Source: Clostridia bacterium (GTDB taxonomy: Bacteria; Bacillota; Clostridia; Oscillospirales; Acutalibacteraceae). Taken from it: DNA of 64,000 nt. Positions 18,865 through 28,620 of this stretch are shown here, piece by piece; the stretch's first letter is position 1; each line of letters begins with the position of its first letter. The notes under the pieces were generated by a model. That model was not told where the DNA came from, ran no database searches, and was given only the letters and a program-made list of their open reading frames with translations. Where the stretch lies: positions 1,628 through 65,627 of the forward strand of contig JAFQWA010000029.1 in NCBI GenBank assembly GCA_017407705.1, read 5' to 3'. Both the position numbers and the translations under genes were made by a program.

Positions 18865-21240
18865 ATGAATTTATCACTTAATTGGTTGAAAGAATTTGTA
18901 GATATACAAGGCATTGACCCTCACGAGTTTTCCGAAGCCGTAACTATGACCGGCTCTAAGGTTGAAAGCTTTCAGGTTGAAGGTGAAGACATCAGCAAGG
19001 TGGTTGTTGGTAAGGTCCTTTCTATCGACAGACACCCCGATGCTGATAAGCTGGTAGTGTGCCAGATAAACGTAGGCATTGAAACGATCCAGATCGTTAC
19101 CGGTGCATCTAACCTTACTGTAGGTGACTTGGTGCCCGTTGCACTGGACGGTTCTACACTTCCCGGCGGCGTTAAGATCAAAAAAGGTAAATTAAGAGGC
19201 GTTGAAAGCTTTGGTATGATGTGCTCACTTGCTGAGCTTAACCTTACTGTAAACGATTTCCCCTACGCTATTGAAGACGGTATTTTTGTTCTGCAGGAGG
19301 ACTGCAAACCCGGTGATGACATTAAAGAGATCCTTCACCTTAACGATACCGTTGTTGAATTTGAAATTACTCCTAACCGTCCTGACTGCTTGTCAGTTAT
19401 CGGTTTGGCAAGAGAAGCCGCCGTTACCTTTGATAAGCCCCTTAACCTGCACACTCCCGTTGTTAAGGAAAGCGACGGCAACATTAACGATATGCTCTCA
19501 GTAGAGGTTTTGGACCCCACTGACTGCCCCCGTTATATGAACAGAATCGTTACTGATATTAAGATCGAGCCCTCACCACTGTGGCTTCGTGAAAGACTTC
19601 GTTCCAGCGGTGTTCGTCCTATCAACAATATCGTTGATATTACCAACTACGTAATGCTGGAGTACGGTCAGCCCATGCACGCTTTCGACTACCGCTTTGT
19701 TAAAGGCAACAAGATAGTTGTTCGTAAGGCTGATAAGGGTGAACAGATAGTAACCTTAGACGGCATTACCCGTGACCTTACTGAAAATATGTTGGTTATT
19801 GCAAATGCTGAAGGCCCTATGGCAGTTGCAGGTGTTATGGGTGGCGAGTATTCGGGAATTATGGAGGATACCACCACTGTTGTGTTCGAATCCGCTAACT
19901 TCAGAGGCCCCGCTATCAGAAACACATCCCGTGCTTTGGCACTGCGTACCGATTCCTCTGCTAAATACGAAAAAGGTCTTGACAGTGAGAACTGCGTACC
20001 TGCTTTGGAACGTGCTTGTGAACTGGTTGAGCTGCTTGGTGCAGGTAAGGTAGTTCGCGGCGTTATTGATGTGAACAACGCAAAGCGTGAGCCCACCAAG
20101 ATTAAGCTGGATGCAGACTGGATCAACTCCTTTATCGGTATTAACGTTAAAAAGGAGCGTATGGTAGAGATCCTTACTAATTTGGGCTTTGAGCTTAATG
20201 GTGATATGATCACTGTTCCCAGTTTTAGAGCTGATGTTGAGCATAAAGCCGACATTGCTGAGGAAATTGCCAGAATTTACGGATATAATAACATTGAAAC
20301 AACTCAGATAAGAGGTAGCGCTGCATCTAAGCTCACAGCCCGTCAGATGGCTGAGAACAACGTGTTTAACACACTTATTGCTCAGGGCTACAGCGAGGTA
20401 CAGACCTTCTCCTTTATCAGCCCCAAATTCTACGATAAGATGTTAGTCCCCCAAGACAGTGAACTCAGAAACTCCATTAAAATTCTGAACCCCTTAGGTG
20501 AGGACACCAGCATTATGCGTACCTTCTCACTGCCCTCAATGATGGAGGTTGTAAGCACCAACTATGCTTCACGTAACCTCTCTGCAAAGCTGTTTGAGAT
20601 CGCAACTGAGTATATTCCAACTAACGAGGGTGAGCTGCCTTACGAGCCTAAGAAAATCGTTATCGGCGCTTACGGTGAGAATTACGATTACTACGATCTT
20701 AAGGGTGCTGTTGAGGAAATTATTGCACAGCTTAATATTAAAGACTTTGATATTGAAGCCTCCGGTGACATTCCTTGGTTCCACCCCGGCAGATGTGCTG
20801 TTATAAAGCTTGGTGATGATGTTTTGGGTGAGCTTGGTGAGGTACATCCCTTGGCAGTTAAGAATTACGGTATGGATGTTAAGGTTTATGCCGCTTCTCT
20901 GGATCTTAACACACTCATTAAACACTCCAACAGCGAAAAGACCTACCACAAAATGCCCAGATTCCCTGCGGCAACCCGCGACCTTGGTCTTATCTGCGAT
21001 GCGGATATGCCGGTTATTACCATTGAAAAGACTATCAAAAAAGCGGCAGGCAAGCTGCTTGAGGATATTAAACTGTTTGACGTTTACACCGGTGCACAGG
21101 TGCTTTCAGGTAAAAAGAGTGTTGCTTACAACATTGTGCTTCGTGCTGCAGACCGTACCCTCACTGTTGAGGAAGCTGACAACACTGTAAACAAAATCCT
21201 TAAAGCTCTTGCAGCCATCGACGTAACCCTTCGTCAATAA
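18865..21240 (+). CDS. pheT: Phenylalanine--tRNA ligase subunit beta
   Basis: N-terminal tRNA-binding domain GKVLSIDRHPDADKLVVCQINVG, then B3/B4, B5 and a C-terminal FDX-ACB domain. 791 aa, 18 nt after pheS. Confidence 0.97.
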   Translation: MNLSLNWLKEFVDIQGIDPHEFSEAVTMTGSKVESFQVEGEDISKVVVGKVLSIDRHPDADKLVVCQINVGIETIQIVTGASNLTVGDLVPVALDGSTLPGGVKIKKGKLRGVESFGMMCSLAELNLTVNDFPYAIEDGIFVLQEDCKPGDDIKEILHLNDTVVEFEITPNRPDCLSVIGLAREAAVTFDKPLNLHTPVVKESDGNINDMLSVEVLDPTDCPRYMNRIVTDIKIEPSPLWLRERLRSSGVRPINNIVDITNYVMLEYGQPMHAFDYRFVKGNKIVVRKADKGEQIVTLDGITRDLTENMLVIANAEGPMAVAGVMGGEYSGIMEDTTTVVFESANFRGPAIRNTSRALALRTDSSAKYEKGLDSENCVPALERACELVELLGAGKVVRGVIDVNNAKREPTKIKLDADWINSFIGINVKKERMVEILTNLGFELNGDMITVPSFRADVEHKADIAEEIARIYGYNNIETTQIRGSAASKLTARQMAENNVFNTLIAQGYSEVQTFSFISPKFYDKMLVPQDSELRNSIKILNPLGEDTSIMRTFSLPSMMEVVSTNYASRNLSAKLFEIATEYIPTNEGELPYEPKKIVIGAYGENYDYYDLKGAVEEIIAQLNIKDFDIEASGDIPWFHPGRCAVIKLGDDVLGELGEVHPLAVKNYGMDVKVYAASLDLNTLIKHSNSEKTYHKMPRFPAATRDLGLICDADMPVITIEKTIKKAAGKLLEDIKLFDVYTGAQVLSGKKSVAYNIVLRAADRTLTVEEADNTVNKILKALAAIDVTLRQ

Positions 21241-21311
21241 CTCTTTACAGTAATGCGATTTTGTGTTACAATAATGTAAACGCTTGATATTTTATGAAAA
21301 GGAGTTTTGAT

Positions 21312-21596
21312 ATGTCAGACTTTTTGACTTATAAAGGTAAGCCGCTGGTTAGAAAAGGCAATACTATTTACTACGGAGATATGTCCGATAAATACGTTGT
21401 TCAGCTTTCTATAACTCAGTCGGAAAAAGTAGGCGACGTTGATTTAGCTAAAAAGGTACTGGTTCAGCTGATGAGCACCGATCCCGATGTTAATCCTAAG
21501 GACAGTATTGTTAAAAAGAGCGAGAAAAACGGCTTGTATGAAGCGCTGGACGTTGGCGCTATCTGGCTGGAGAAAAGGCTCAAAGACAGCAAATAA
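21312..21596 (+). CDS. Hypothetical small protein (94 aa)
   Basis: ORF with AAAGGAG 7 nt upstream of ATG 21312, followed by a strong terminator. No family recognised. Confidence 0.55.
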   Translation: MSDFLTYKGKPLVRKGNTIYYGDMSDKYVVQLSITQSEKVGDVDLAKKVLVQLMSTDPDVNPKDSIVKKSEKNGLYEALDVGAIWLEKRLKDSK

Positions 21597-21601
21597 TAAA
21601 C

Positions 21602-21636
21602 AAACCCCATCTTGGAATACCAAGATGGGGTTTTTA
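21602..21636. terminator. Bidirectional rho-independent terminator
   Basis: AAACCCCATCTTGG / CCAAGATGGGGTTT with a 4-nt loop and T-tracts on both strands. It lies between the convergent genes ending at 21596 and 21640. Confidence 0.85.
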
Positions 21637-21639
21637 TTA

Positions 21640-21861
21640 TTACTCTTTTTCAGAATTAAAAACACTATAATTTGGGCACTCTTTCTCTGTACAGCCCTTA
21701 CAATCATCAAAGCCCGACTTTATACAACACATCATATAATCACATTCATCACAACAGCATTCTATAGCATTTCCATTTTCATCCGTATAGGATCCATTAC
21801 CTAAGCAATCATCACCGTTATTACCGGGAGTAAGCACAATTCCTGTGATATCATATATCAT
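21640..21861 (-). CDS. Acidic cysteine-rich small protein (73 aa, 10 Cys), unknown function
   Basis: MIYDITGIVLTPGNNGDDCLGNGSYTDENGNAIECCCDECDYMMCCIKSGFDDCKGCTEKECPNY... RBS GGGGTG 6 nt upstream. Near-consensus promoter upstream and a terminator downstream. No signal peptide. Confidence 0.6.
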   Translation of the reverse strand: MIYDITGIVLTPGNNGDDCLGNGSYTDENGNAIECCCDECDYMMCCIKSGFDDCKGCTEKECPNYSVFNSEKE

Positions 21862-21902
21862 AAATTACACCCCACTTGTTGAATATTCTACATAGTAGGT
21901 AC

Positions 21903-21932
21903 ATTTTAACACATACCAACGCATTCTGTCAA
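21903..21932 (-). promoter_or_regulatory. Strong SigA-type promoter for the Cys-rich peptide gene
   Basis: On the minus strand: TTGACA (21932-21927), an 18-nt spacer, then an extended -10 TGtTAAAAT (-10 hexamer at 21908-21903). Confidence 0.6.
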
Positions 21933-21970
21933 CATACTATGTCATATATAATATATGTGAGGTGGAATAT

Positions 21971-22201
21971 ATGAAGGATCAACACTATGTAAAATACCGT
22001 GATTTAGGGTTGTCTATCTTCTTTTTCAGAAAGCAAAAAGGTATGACTCAACAGCAATTAGCTGATAAAATGGATGTGAATTACGAAACCATAAGCCGTA
22101 TTGAAAACGCTAACACAGGTATTTCAATGGATATGCTGTTTGACCTGTCAAACGCTCTCGAAACCCCTTTAAGCGAATTATTTTCCCACGCACAAATTTA
22201 A
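21971..22201 (+). CDS. XRE-family helix-turn-helix transcriptional regulator (76 aa)
   Basis: FFRKQKGMTQQQLADKMDVNYETISRIENANTGISMDMLFDLSNAL is a Cro/C1 HTH. ATG 21971 is preceded by GAGGTGG. Divergent from the Cys-rich gene. Confidence 0.8.
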   Translation: MKDQHYVKYRDLGLSIFFFRKQKGMTQQQLADKMDVNYETISRIENANTGISMDMLFDLSNALETPLSELFSHAQI

Positions 22202-22214
22202 ATATTATGATAAA

Positions 22215-22253
22215 ACAACCCTTCGTTTATACAAACGAAGGGTTGTTTTTTTT
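22215..22253 (+). terminator. Rho-independent terminator
   Basis: 14-bp stem ACAACCCTTCGTTT / AAACGAAGGGTTGT with a 4-nt loop, followed by TTTTTTT. Confidence 0.9.
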
Positions 22254-22272
22254 AATTATATATTCAGAAATT

Positions 22273-22782
22273 TTATTTTTCTATTTTCAATACCTTTTTA
22301 AGCTCATCAAAATGCTTAACTGTATATGTAATATTTGCGCTCATACTTATAGCCTGACCGATAACGCCAATAAGTGAGAAAAACAGCATATTATATATCA
22401 GCATTAAAATACCCACAAAAATACAGGTAAATTTAATACTTATTTCTTTACTAAGCCACAATGCAATTACCAAAAGTGAGTTTGCCGCAATGGCTATAAG
22501 CGAAAACGCATTCTGCCAGGTGACAATTCCAGTAATGATATATATCAGTATAAAAACCATGGGCACCCAATTACTTGATAACAGCTTCACCTTGCCTTTA
22601 AATATAAAGGTAAGCACCATTGCAACGCATACCATTCCGCAAAAAGCACCCGTTACTGCACCAAGCAGTAGAAAATGTATGCCCCATAAACCGTTGATAA
22701 CGGCGTTGCATAGCATTATAGTTTCACGTTTTACCTTATTAAGTCCGCACCAGAGCATTACCAAAATCGCACAGGCAACCAA
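22273..22782 (-). CDS. YgjV-like inner membrane protein (start uncertain, possibly non-canonical upstream start)
   Basis: Polytopic. The motif NKVKRETIMLCNAVINGLWGIHFLLLG resembles the YgjV family. The track start is a TTG without an RBS. The frame stays open upstream to an AGGGGAG RBS (see findings). Confidence 0.5.
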   Translation of the reverse strand: MVACAILVMLWCGLNKVKRETIMLCNAVINGLWGIHFLLLGAVTGAFCGMVCVAMVLTFIFKGKVKLLSSNWVPMVFILIYIITGIVTWQNAFSLIAIAANSLLVIALWLSKEISIKFTCIFVGILMLIYNMLFFSLIGVIGQAISMSANITYTVKHFDELKKVLKIEK

Positions 22783-22835
22783 AACCTGGGCTATTATGTA
22801 TGGAATTATAACAATCTCCCCTAACGGTTTAAAAA

Positions 22836-23240
22836 TTATGACCTGAATTTTCTGGGTGAAAAATCAACTGCCTCAAACCGCCTTGCTACCTCACTGGATA
22901 CCTCGTTAAAAATATGATGAAAATAGCAGCTGCAATCATCAGGATGGTCGCAAACATAGTCGCCCTGCTGACATTTGCTGATAACAATAGGGCCGCCGAT
23001 GATCTCAATTACCTCACGCAAGGTAATATCCTTAGGGTCTCTTGCCAGCTCGTAGCCGCCACCCACTCCTTTATAAGAGCGTACCAAATTCTCTGCGGCA
23101 AGCTTACGAAGTATTTTCAGACAAAATTTCGGGGTTACGCCGGTTTTGGCGGAAATAGTGTTGGCATCTACTCGTTTACCCTCGTTTGCCATACACTGAA
23201 CTATCCTCACAGCGTAATCGGTTTCAAGATTTATACGCAT
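22836..23240 (-). CDS. Rrf2 family transcriptional regulator (Cys-containing, probable Fe-S or redox sensing)
   Basis: MRINLETDYAVRIVQCMA ... GGGYELARDP is the Rrf2 winged HTH. C-terminal Cys cluster CQQGDYVCDHPDDCSC. Confidence 0.9.
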   Translation of the reverse strand: MRINLETDYAVRIVQCMANEGKRVDANTISAKTGVTPKFCLKILRKLAAENLVRSYKGVGGGYELARDPKDITLREVIEIIGGPIVISKCQQGDYVCDHPDDCSCYFHHIFNEVSSEVARRFEAVDFSPRKFRS

Positions 23241-23249
23241 CTTTTCACC

Positions 23250-24323
23250 CTACTTATTATCTCTGAATTTGTTGCTACGTACGGGATGACGCAGCTTTCT
23301 TAATGCCTTAGCCTCGATCTGACGAATACGCTCACGGGTAACGTGGAACTCTGAGCCAACCTCCTCAAGAGTGTGGCATCTGCCGTCGTGCAAGCCGAAA
23401 CGCAGACGAATAACGTCTTCCTCACGGGGTGTTAAGGTTTTAAGTACAGCGTCGATATCCTCGTTGGTAATAGTCTTTAAAGCAGCCTCATCAGGAGCTA
23501 AAGCCTCTTCATCACGGATAAAGTCCATAAGTCGGCTGTCCTCCTCAGGGCCGATAGGGGTTTCCATAGAAACCGGCTCCTGAGCCACACGCATAATCTC
23601 TCTTACACGGCTAACAGGCAGTCCCATTGCCTCAGCGATCTGCTCCTCGGTTGACTCTCTGCCGTTTTCGTGGAGCAACTGACTCTGAACCTTCTTAAGC
23701 TTATTGATAGTCTCAACCATATGAACGGGAATACGGATAGTTCTTGCCTGATCTGCAATAGCTCTGGTAATAGCCTGTCTTATCCACCAAGTAGCGTAGG
23801 TTGAAAATTTAAAGCCCTTGGTATAGTCGAACTTTTCAACAGCCTTAATAAGACCCACGTTGCCCTCCTGAATAAGATCCAGAAAGTGCATACCTCTGCC
23901 CACGTATCTTTTTGCAATACTTACAACCAGACGCAGGTTAGCCTCTGTCAAACGCTGTTTTGCTTTCAGATCACCGTCAGCAATTCTGGTAGCCAAAGTT
24001 ACCTCTTCGTCTGAGCTTAAAAGGGGCACACGTCCGATCTCTTTAAGGTACATCTTAACGGGGTCGTTAAGAGTGATGTTATCAATATTCAGCGCATTTT
24101 CCAAGTCCTCAGGAGTTATATCCTCCAGCTCATCGGCATCGGGCTCGTCAAGATAATCCAAATCCAAAAGAGGCGCTTCTTTTAACTCCTCGTCGATATC
24201 GTCGGGAATCTGAGAGAATATATCCACATCATCCAGATCATCGTTTCTTGCGTGTCCGTCCAGCTCACGCTCGGTGGTTTTTCCAAAATCCTCAACACTG
24301 TTCTTTTTAATTTTCTTTTCCAT
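23250..24323 (-). CDS. rpoD: RNA polymerase primary sigma factor
   Basis: Region 2 [32 protein letters not shown] and region 4.2 [30 protein letters not shown]. Located downstream of dnaG. Confidence 0.97.
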   Translation of the reverse strand: MEKKIKKNSVEDFGKTTERELDGHARNDDLDDVDIFSQIPDDIDEELKEAPLLDLDYLDEPDADELEDITPEDLENALNIDNITLNDPVKMYLKEIGRVPLLSSDEEVTLATRIADGDLKAKQRLTEANLRLVVSIAKRYVGRGMHFLDLIQEGNVGLIKAVEKFDYTKGFKFSTYATWWIRQAITRAIADQARTIRIPVHMVETINKLKKVQSQLLHENGRESTEEQIAEAMGLPVSRVREIMRVAQEPVSMETPIGPEEDSRLMDFIRDEEALAPDEAALKTITNEDIDAVLKTLTPREEDVIRLRFGLHDGRCHTLEEVGSEFHVTRERIRQIEAKALRKLRHPVRSNKFRDNK

Positions 24324-24346
24324 TTTCAGTATCCTTCCTAAATGGT

Positions 24347-26116
24347 TTACTTTTTATTCTTAGCTATTTTTTGCATTGCCTTGGCAAATTCATCGTTATC
24401 CATATTAGATGAATCTATCTTCTGAAGCTTATTGTTCTCCTCTTTAAGCACTGCTATACAGTCATTCAGCTCACGCCTTGAATCCTTATAAACGGTGGCC
24501 TTGTTCTGTATCAGCACTATCCTGCCCATTTCCGCAGGAGAAAACTCACTGCTTATCATTGTTATATCAAAGGCTTTTGAGGTGCTCAGCGCTGTCTTTA
24601 ACGCCTTATACAGTCGGCGGTTAAAGGAGGTTATAAACTCTTCCTCACTTAGCTGCTCAAAGGCGGTGGTACAAAGCTCGGGGTTAAGCATTAAGATAGA
24701 AATTATTATCTCCTCTGCCGCCGCCGCTCTTTTATGACGGACTGCCTCGGGATTGATGTCATCACGCCTTACGGTGGGTGAGGTCATTTCTCTCAGTTGT
24801 TCCTTTTGCCTTGCTCCTGCTCGTTTTTTGTACAAAGCCTTAATGCGGTTTGTAAGCACCTGCTTGTCCACCGACAGCTCGTCTGAGAGTCTGCCTGCAT
24901 AGATGTTCTGCGCTATCTCGTTGTTCACGCCTGCCAATATCTCCACTGCGTCGTTCAAATACTGCAAACGACCTGCGTCGGTATCGGTGTCGTACTTTGC
25001 TTTTGCACTAAAAAGGTTGAATTCAATGTCGTTTTTAGCACCCTCCAGCAACAGCTTAAACCGCTCAGCGCCATAAGTTTTGATATATTCATCGGGATCC
25101 TTGCCACCCTCAATCTGCAGCACACGGATCTTAAGCCCTGTTTTATTTACAATATCTATAGCACGTTTTGACGCCTTTTGACCTGCCTCATCGGAGTCCA
25201 TAGTGATAATTACCTCTTTGGCATACTTGCTGATAAGCGTTGCCTGGTCCTCGGTAAAGGCAGTACCAAGTGCCGCCACTGCGTTAGTAAAACCTGCCTG
25301 ATGCAGTGCGATAACATCCATATATCCTTCGCACAAAATAATGCTCTCAGACTTGGAGTTTTTCGCCAGGTTCATAGCATACATATTTTTGGTTTTCTTG
25401 TAAACGGGAGTGTCAGAGGTGTTGATGTATTTGGCACCCTCATCACCGGGCAGCTTTCTGCCGCCAAAACCCACCACGTTGCCACGAAGGTCGATAATCG
25501 GGAACATTACCTTGCCTCTGAATCTGTCGTAAGCACCGCCGTTTTTACCTCTGCCTGCCACGTTTGCCAGTATCATATCATTTTCCTTGTAGCCAAGGGA
25601 TTTAAGATGATTGACAAGATTATAAAATCCGTCAGGGGCAAAGCCTAAACCGAATTTTTTAATGGTAGTGGGCGTTAACTGACGCTGATAAAAATAATCC
25701 AGTCCCCTTTTACCGATTTTCGGGTCTATAAGACAGCTATGATAAAATCTTGCGGTCTCACGGTTTATCTCCAACAAAGTTTTTCTCATTTTCTCAGCAG
25801 AATCGTCATACCCGCTCTCGGGCATACTCATTCCGCTTCGATCAGCCAGATATTTCACTGCCTCGATATAATCGAGATTTTCAGCGTTTCTGATAAAGGT
25901 TATAACGTCGCCGCCGTTCTGACATCCAAAGCAGTAATAAGAGCCGTTTTCGGGGTAAACGGTGAATGACGGTGTTTTTTCGTTATGGAAAGGACAAAGT
26001 CCTTTCATAGTATTGCCGGTGCGTTTCAGATTAACGTAAGAGGAAATAACATCCTCAATACGGTTTCTGTACCTTATTTCCGACAAAAATTCATCACTTA
26101 ATCTGATAACGCTCAC
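24347..26116 (-). CDS. dnaG: DNA primase
   Basis: Zinc finger [13 protein letters not shown] ... CFGCQNGGD and TOPRIM motif [15 protein letters not shown] start with AAAGAAG upstream. Confidence 0.95.
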   Translation of the reverse strand: MSVIRLSDEFLSEIRYRNRIEDVISSYVNLKRTGNTMKGLCPFHNEKTPSFTVYPENGSYYCFGCQNGGDVITFIRNAENLDYIEAVKYLADRSGMSMPESGYDDSAEKMRKTLLEINRETARFYHSCLIDPKIGKRGLDYFYQRQLTPTTIKKFGLGFAPDGFYNLVNHLKSLGYKENDMILANVAGRGKNGGAYDRFRGKVMFPIIDLRGNVVGFGGRKLPGDEGAKYINTSDTPVYKKTKNMYAMNLAKNSKSESIILCEGYMDVIALHQAGFTNAVAALGTAFTEDQATLISKYAKEVIITMDSDEAGQKASKRAIDIVNKTGLKIRVLQIEGGKDPDEYIKTYGAERFKLLLEGAKNDIEFNLFSAKAKYDTDTDAGRLQYLNDAVEILAGVNNEIAQNIYAGRLSDELSVDKQVLTNRIKALYKKRAGARQKEQLREMTSPTVRRDDINPEAVRHKRAAAAEEIIISILMLNPELCTTAFEQLSEEEFITSFNRRLYKALKTALSTSKAFDITMISSEFSPAEMGRIVLIQNKATVYKDSRRELNDCIAVLKEENNKLQKIDSSNMDNDEFAKAMQKIAKNKK

Positions 26117-26203
26117 CTTCTTTGCTTAAGTTTTTAGGTTTTCAAAGCCAACGGAATATAAAAATATTTCGAGTGCTTTGAAAAGCTACGATTTACCAAA
26201 ATT

Positions 26204-27202
26204 TCATATTCCCCAGAATTTAGGGAGATTTAGTTCGTTATATACATGCACTGCGTAACGGTCGGTCATACCTGCAATATAGTCTGCCGCTGCACGGGAT
26301 GCACCCTCTTTTTCCAAAATGAATTTGTAATCATCGGGCAGTCCATCGGGATTTTTACTGTAATACTCATAAAGGCTGCAAATAAGTGCTTCTGCCTTAT
26401 ACTCCTCGCCCTTTGCAATGGGATTTGTATAAACCGACTGATACATAAACTTGTGCAGACTGTCAAACAGCTCATCATAGGGCTTGTTCATCTTAACATC
26501 GGTATCGCTACCGCTTATCAGCGCCTTAACCATGGTGTTGATGCGCTGGGACTTAGACTTGCCCAAGCCCTCGCGGATATGTGCAGGAATATCGGTTTCG
26601 GTTAAAATACCTGCTTTAATGGCATCGTCAATATCGTGGTTCATATATGCGATCTTATCGGCAAATCTAACCACTCTGCCTTCCCAGGTAATAGCGTCGG
26701 CACCGTGGGTGTGGCAACGGATACCGTCACGCACCTCGTATGTAAGGTTTAAACCCTTACCGTTTTTCTCAAGCAGCTCCACCACACGAACACTCTGCTC
26801 GTAATGCTTAAAGCCACCCTCCAAGCAATTGTTAAGCGCACGTTCTCCTGCGTGACCAAAGGGGGTATGGCCTAAATCGTGACCCAGTGCGATAGCCTCG
26901 GTCAGATCCTCGTTTAAACAAAGTGCCCTCGATACAGTACGGGCAATCTGTGCCACCTCTAAGGTGTGGGTAAGGCGGGTACGAAAATGGTCACCCTCGG
27001 GGGCGATGAAAACCTGAGTTTTATGTTTAAGACGCCTGAAAGCGGGACAATGTATTATCCTATCACGGTCACGCTGAAACTCAGTACGCAACTCGCATTT
27101 TTCTTCCGGTACCTCTCTGCCTTTAGTATCAGTGCTAAGACAAGCCTTATCACACAGCATCAGTTTTTCGGAATTTTCAATTTTTTCTCTTACGTTTTCC
27201 AT
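26204..27202 (-). CDS. dGTP triphosphohydrolase-like HD-domain phosphohydrolase
   Basis: HD motifs THTLEVAQIAR and GHDLGHTPFGH. ATG 27202 is preferred (GGTGAG upstream) over the track GTG at 27211. Confidence 0.9.
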   Translation of the reverse strand: MENVREKIENSEKLMLCDKACLSTDTKGREVPEEKCELRTEFQRDRDRIIHCPAFRRLKHKTQVFIAPEGDHFRTRLTHTLEVAQIARTVSRALCLNEDLTEAIALGHDLGHTPFGHAGERALNNCLEGGFKHYEQSVRVVELLEKNGKGLNLTYEVRDGIRCHTHGADAITWEGRVVRFADKIAYMNHDIDDAIKAGILTETDIPAHIREGLGKSKSQRINTMVKALISGSDTDVKMNKPYDELFDSLHKFMYQSVYTNPIAKGEEYKAEALICSLYEYYSKNPDGLPDDYKFILEKEGASRAAADYIAGMTDRYAVHVYNELNLPKFWGI

Positions 27203-27251
27203 AAAACTCACCGCCTTCTATATAATTATTCGACAAAACTTTGTTTTCACC

Positions 27252-27884
27252 TTATATTTTTATCTTTATAGGCATAAATTTTTCACTATTTTTGCAAACG
27301 TCAACAGTGCCACCGGTCTTTTCAGTAAGATCGGCGCAAAGAGCATCGAATTTATCCGCTTCAATATAAAATGAGATCTTGATATTTTCAGTAAACTGAG
27401 TGTCGGTGATCTCTGCCTCATGCTCAGATAAAAGTATCTGCAGCATATTATATCTGCTGTAATCACACACAATGTCACACTCATAGCAGGTAACCATTTT
27501 AACCGGCTCACCTGCCGCCACTGCTAATTTTGCAGCGTGGGCATAGGCACGTACCAGTCCACCTGCACCCAGCAGCACACCGCCGAAGTATCTGGTAACC
27601 ACCACAGCGCAGTCGGTTATTCCCGATTTCAGCAATATTTCCAACACAGGAATACCTGCAGTGCCCTGAGGCTCTCCGTCGTCAGAATAGCGCTGTTTAT
27701 TGCCCTCACGGGTTAAATAAGCATACACGTTGTGAGTAGCGTCGGGATGCTTTTTACGGATCTTATTGACAAACTCTATAGCCTCGTCCTCAGTTTGCAC
27801 AGGGCAAATATACCCGATAAACTTGGACTTGCGCTCAATAAACTCAGCGCTTGACTCACTTTTTACAGTAGTGTATTCGTTCAT
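27252..27884 (-). CDS. YigZ / IMPACT family protein
   Basis: IERKSKFIGY ... DATHNVYAY ... DDGEPQGTAG are UPF0029/IMPACT N-terminal motifs plus a C-terminal DUF1949-like half. Confidence 0.85.
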   Translation of the reverse strand: MNEYTTVKSESSAEFIERKSKFIGYICPVQTEDEAIEFVNKIRKKHPDATHNVYAYLTREGNKQRYSDDGEPQGTAGIPVLEILLKSGITDCAVVVTRYFGGVLLGAGGLVRAYAHAAKLAVAAGEPVKMVTCYECDIVCDYSRYNMLQILLSEHEAEITDTQFTENIKISFYIEADKFDALCADLTEKTGGTVDVCKNSEKFMPIKIKI

Positions 27885-27920
27885 ATATTTTCAGTCCTCC
27901 TGAAAAATATCATAAAAGGT

Positions 27921-27952
27921 AAAAACCGCAACTACCAAAAGATAGTTGCGGT
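27921..27952 (-). terminator. Rho-independent terminator of rpmE
   Basis: ACCGCAACTA / TAGTTGCGGT stem, followed on the minus strand by TTTTT. Confidence 0.8.
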
Positions 27953-27970
27953 AACAAAACTAAAATCGAA

Positions 27971-28174
27971 TTATTTGCTTGCATTGAAACGCTTGTTAAA
28001 GCGATCAACACGTCCGCCTGTGTCAACAAGCTTCTGCTTACCTGTAAAGAACGGATGACATTTTGAGCAGATATCAACACGAAGCTCTTTTTTGGTAGAT
28101 TTAGTTTCAAACTCGTTGCCGCATGCGCACTTTACAACAGCAACATCATAATCCGGATGGATACCCTGTTTCAT
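27971..28174 (-). CDS. rpmE: 50S ribosomal protein L31 (type A, Zn-ribbon)
   Basis: MKQGIHPDY ... CACGNEF ... [12 protein letters not shown]. Confidence 0.97.
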   Translation of the reverse strand: MKQGIHPDYDVAVVKCACGNEFETKSTKKELRVDICSKCHPFFTGKQKLVDTGGRVDRFNKRFNASK

Positions 28175-28302
28175 CTAAAGACAGCCCTTTCTATAAGTAT
28201 TAGTATAATCAACTTTTTCAGTGATACATACATTAACAGGATAATATTATCACATATCTTTACGGAATGCAAGAAGTTTTTTTAAAAAATCGAATTTTTA
28301 TA

Positions 28303-28605
28303 TTAAACCTCGAAATCCACCGACGCTCTGTCCTCACGAAGCTCCTTACAAAACTTAGCATACTCCTTGTGGCTGGGGTGGTTAAGATACTCCTCCATTT
28401 GCTCCTTGTTATCAAAGCTGGTAAACAGCACTGTATCAAACATACCCTCTTTGTCAGTTATGTTTTTCATTATTTTGGCATCAGCGATCTGAGGTATCTC
28501 CTTTTTCAATTCCTCATACTTTTCAATCAGCAGATCAATATTTTCCTCTTTAGTTCTGCCGTCGGCAAAATCTTTTAATTTCCACATAACGATGTGCTTT
28601 ATCAT
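28303..28605 (-). CDS. Dabb (stress-responsive A/B barrel) family protein
   Basis: MIKHIVMWKLKD ... HPSHKEY is typical of a Dabb domain. 100 aa. Confidence 0.8.
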   Translation of the reverse strand: MIKHIVMWKLKDFADGRTKEENIDLLIEKYEELKKEIPQIADAKIMKNITDKEGMFDTVLFTSFDNKEQMEEYLNHPSHKEYAKFCKELREDRASVDFEV

Positions 28606-28620
28606 TTTAAAGTCCCCTTT

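Noticed and set aside
19689-20255. 188-aa and 162-aa minus-strand ORFs inside pheT
   Set aside because: They are antisense shadows of a highly conserved housekeeping gene.
21640-21861. Interpretation of the Cys-rich ORF as a sactipeptide or ranthipeptide precursor
   Set aside because: No radical SAM maturase, protease or transporter is adjacent; the nearest radical SAM gene is 18 kb away in an unrelated operon. It is kept only as a low-probability option in the finding.
25178-25648. 156-aa + strand ORF inside dnaG
   Set aside because: It is antisense to the TOPRIM region of the primase, with no RBS.
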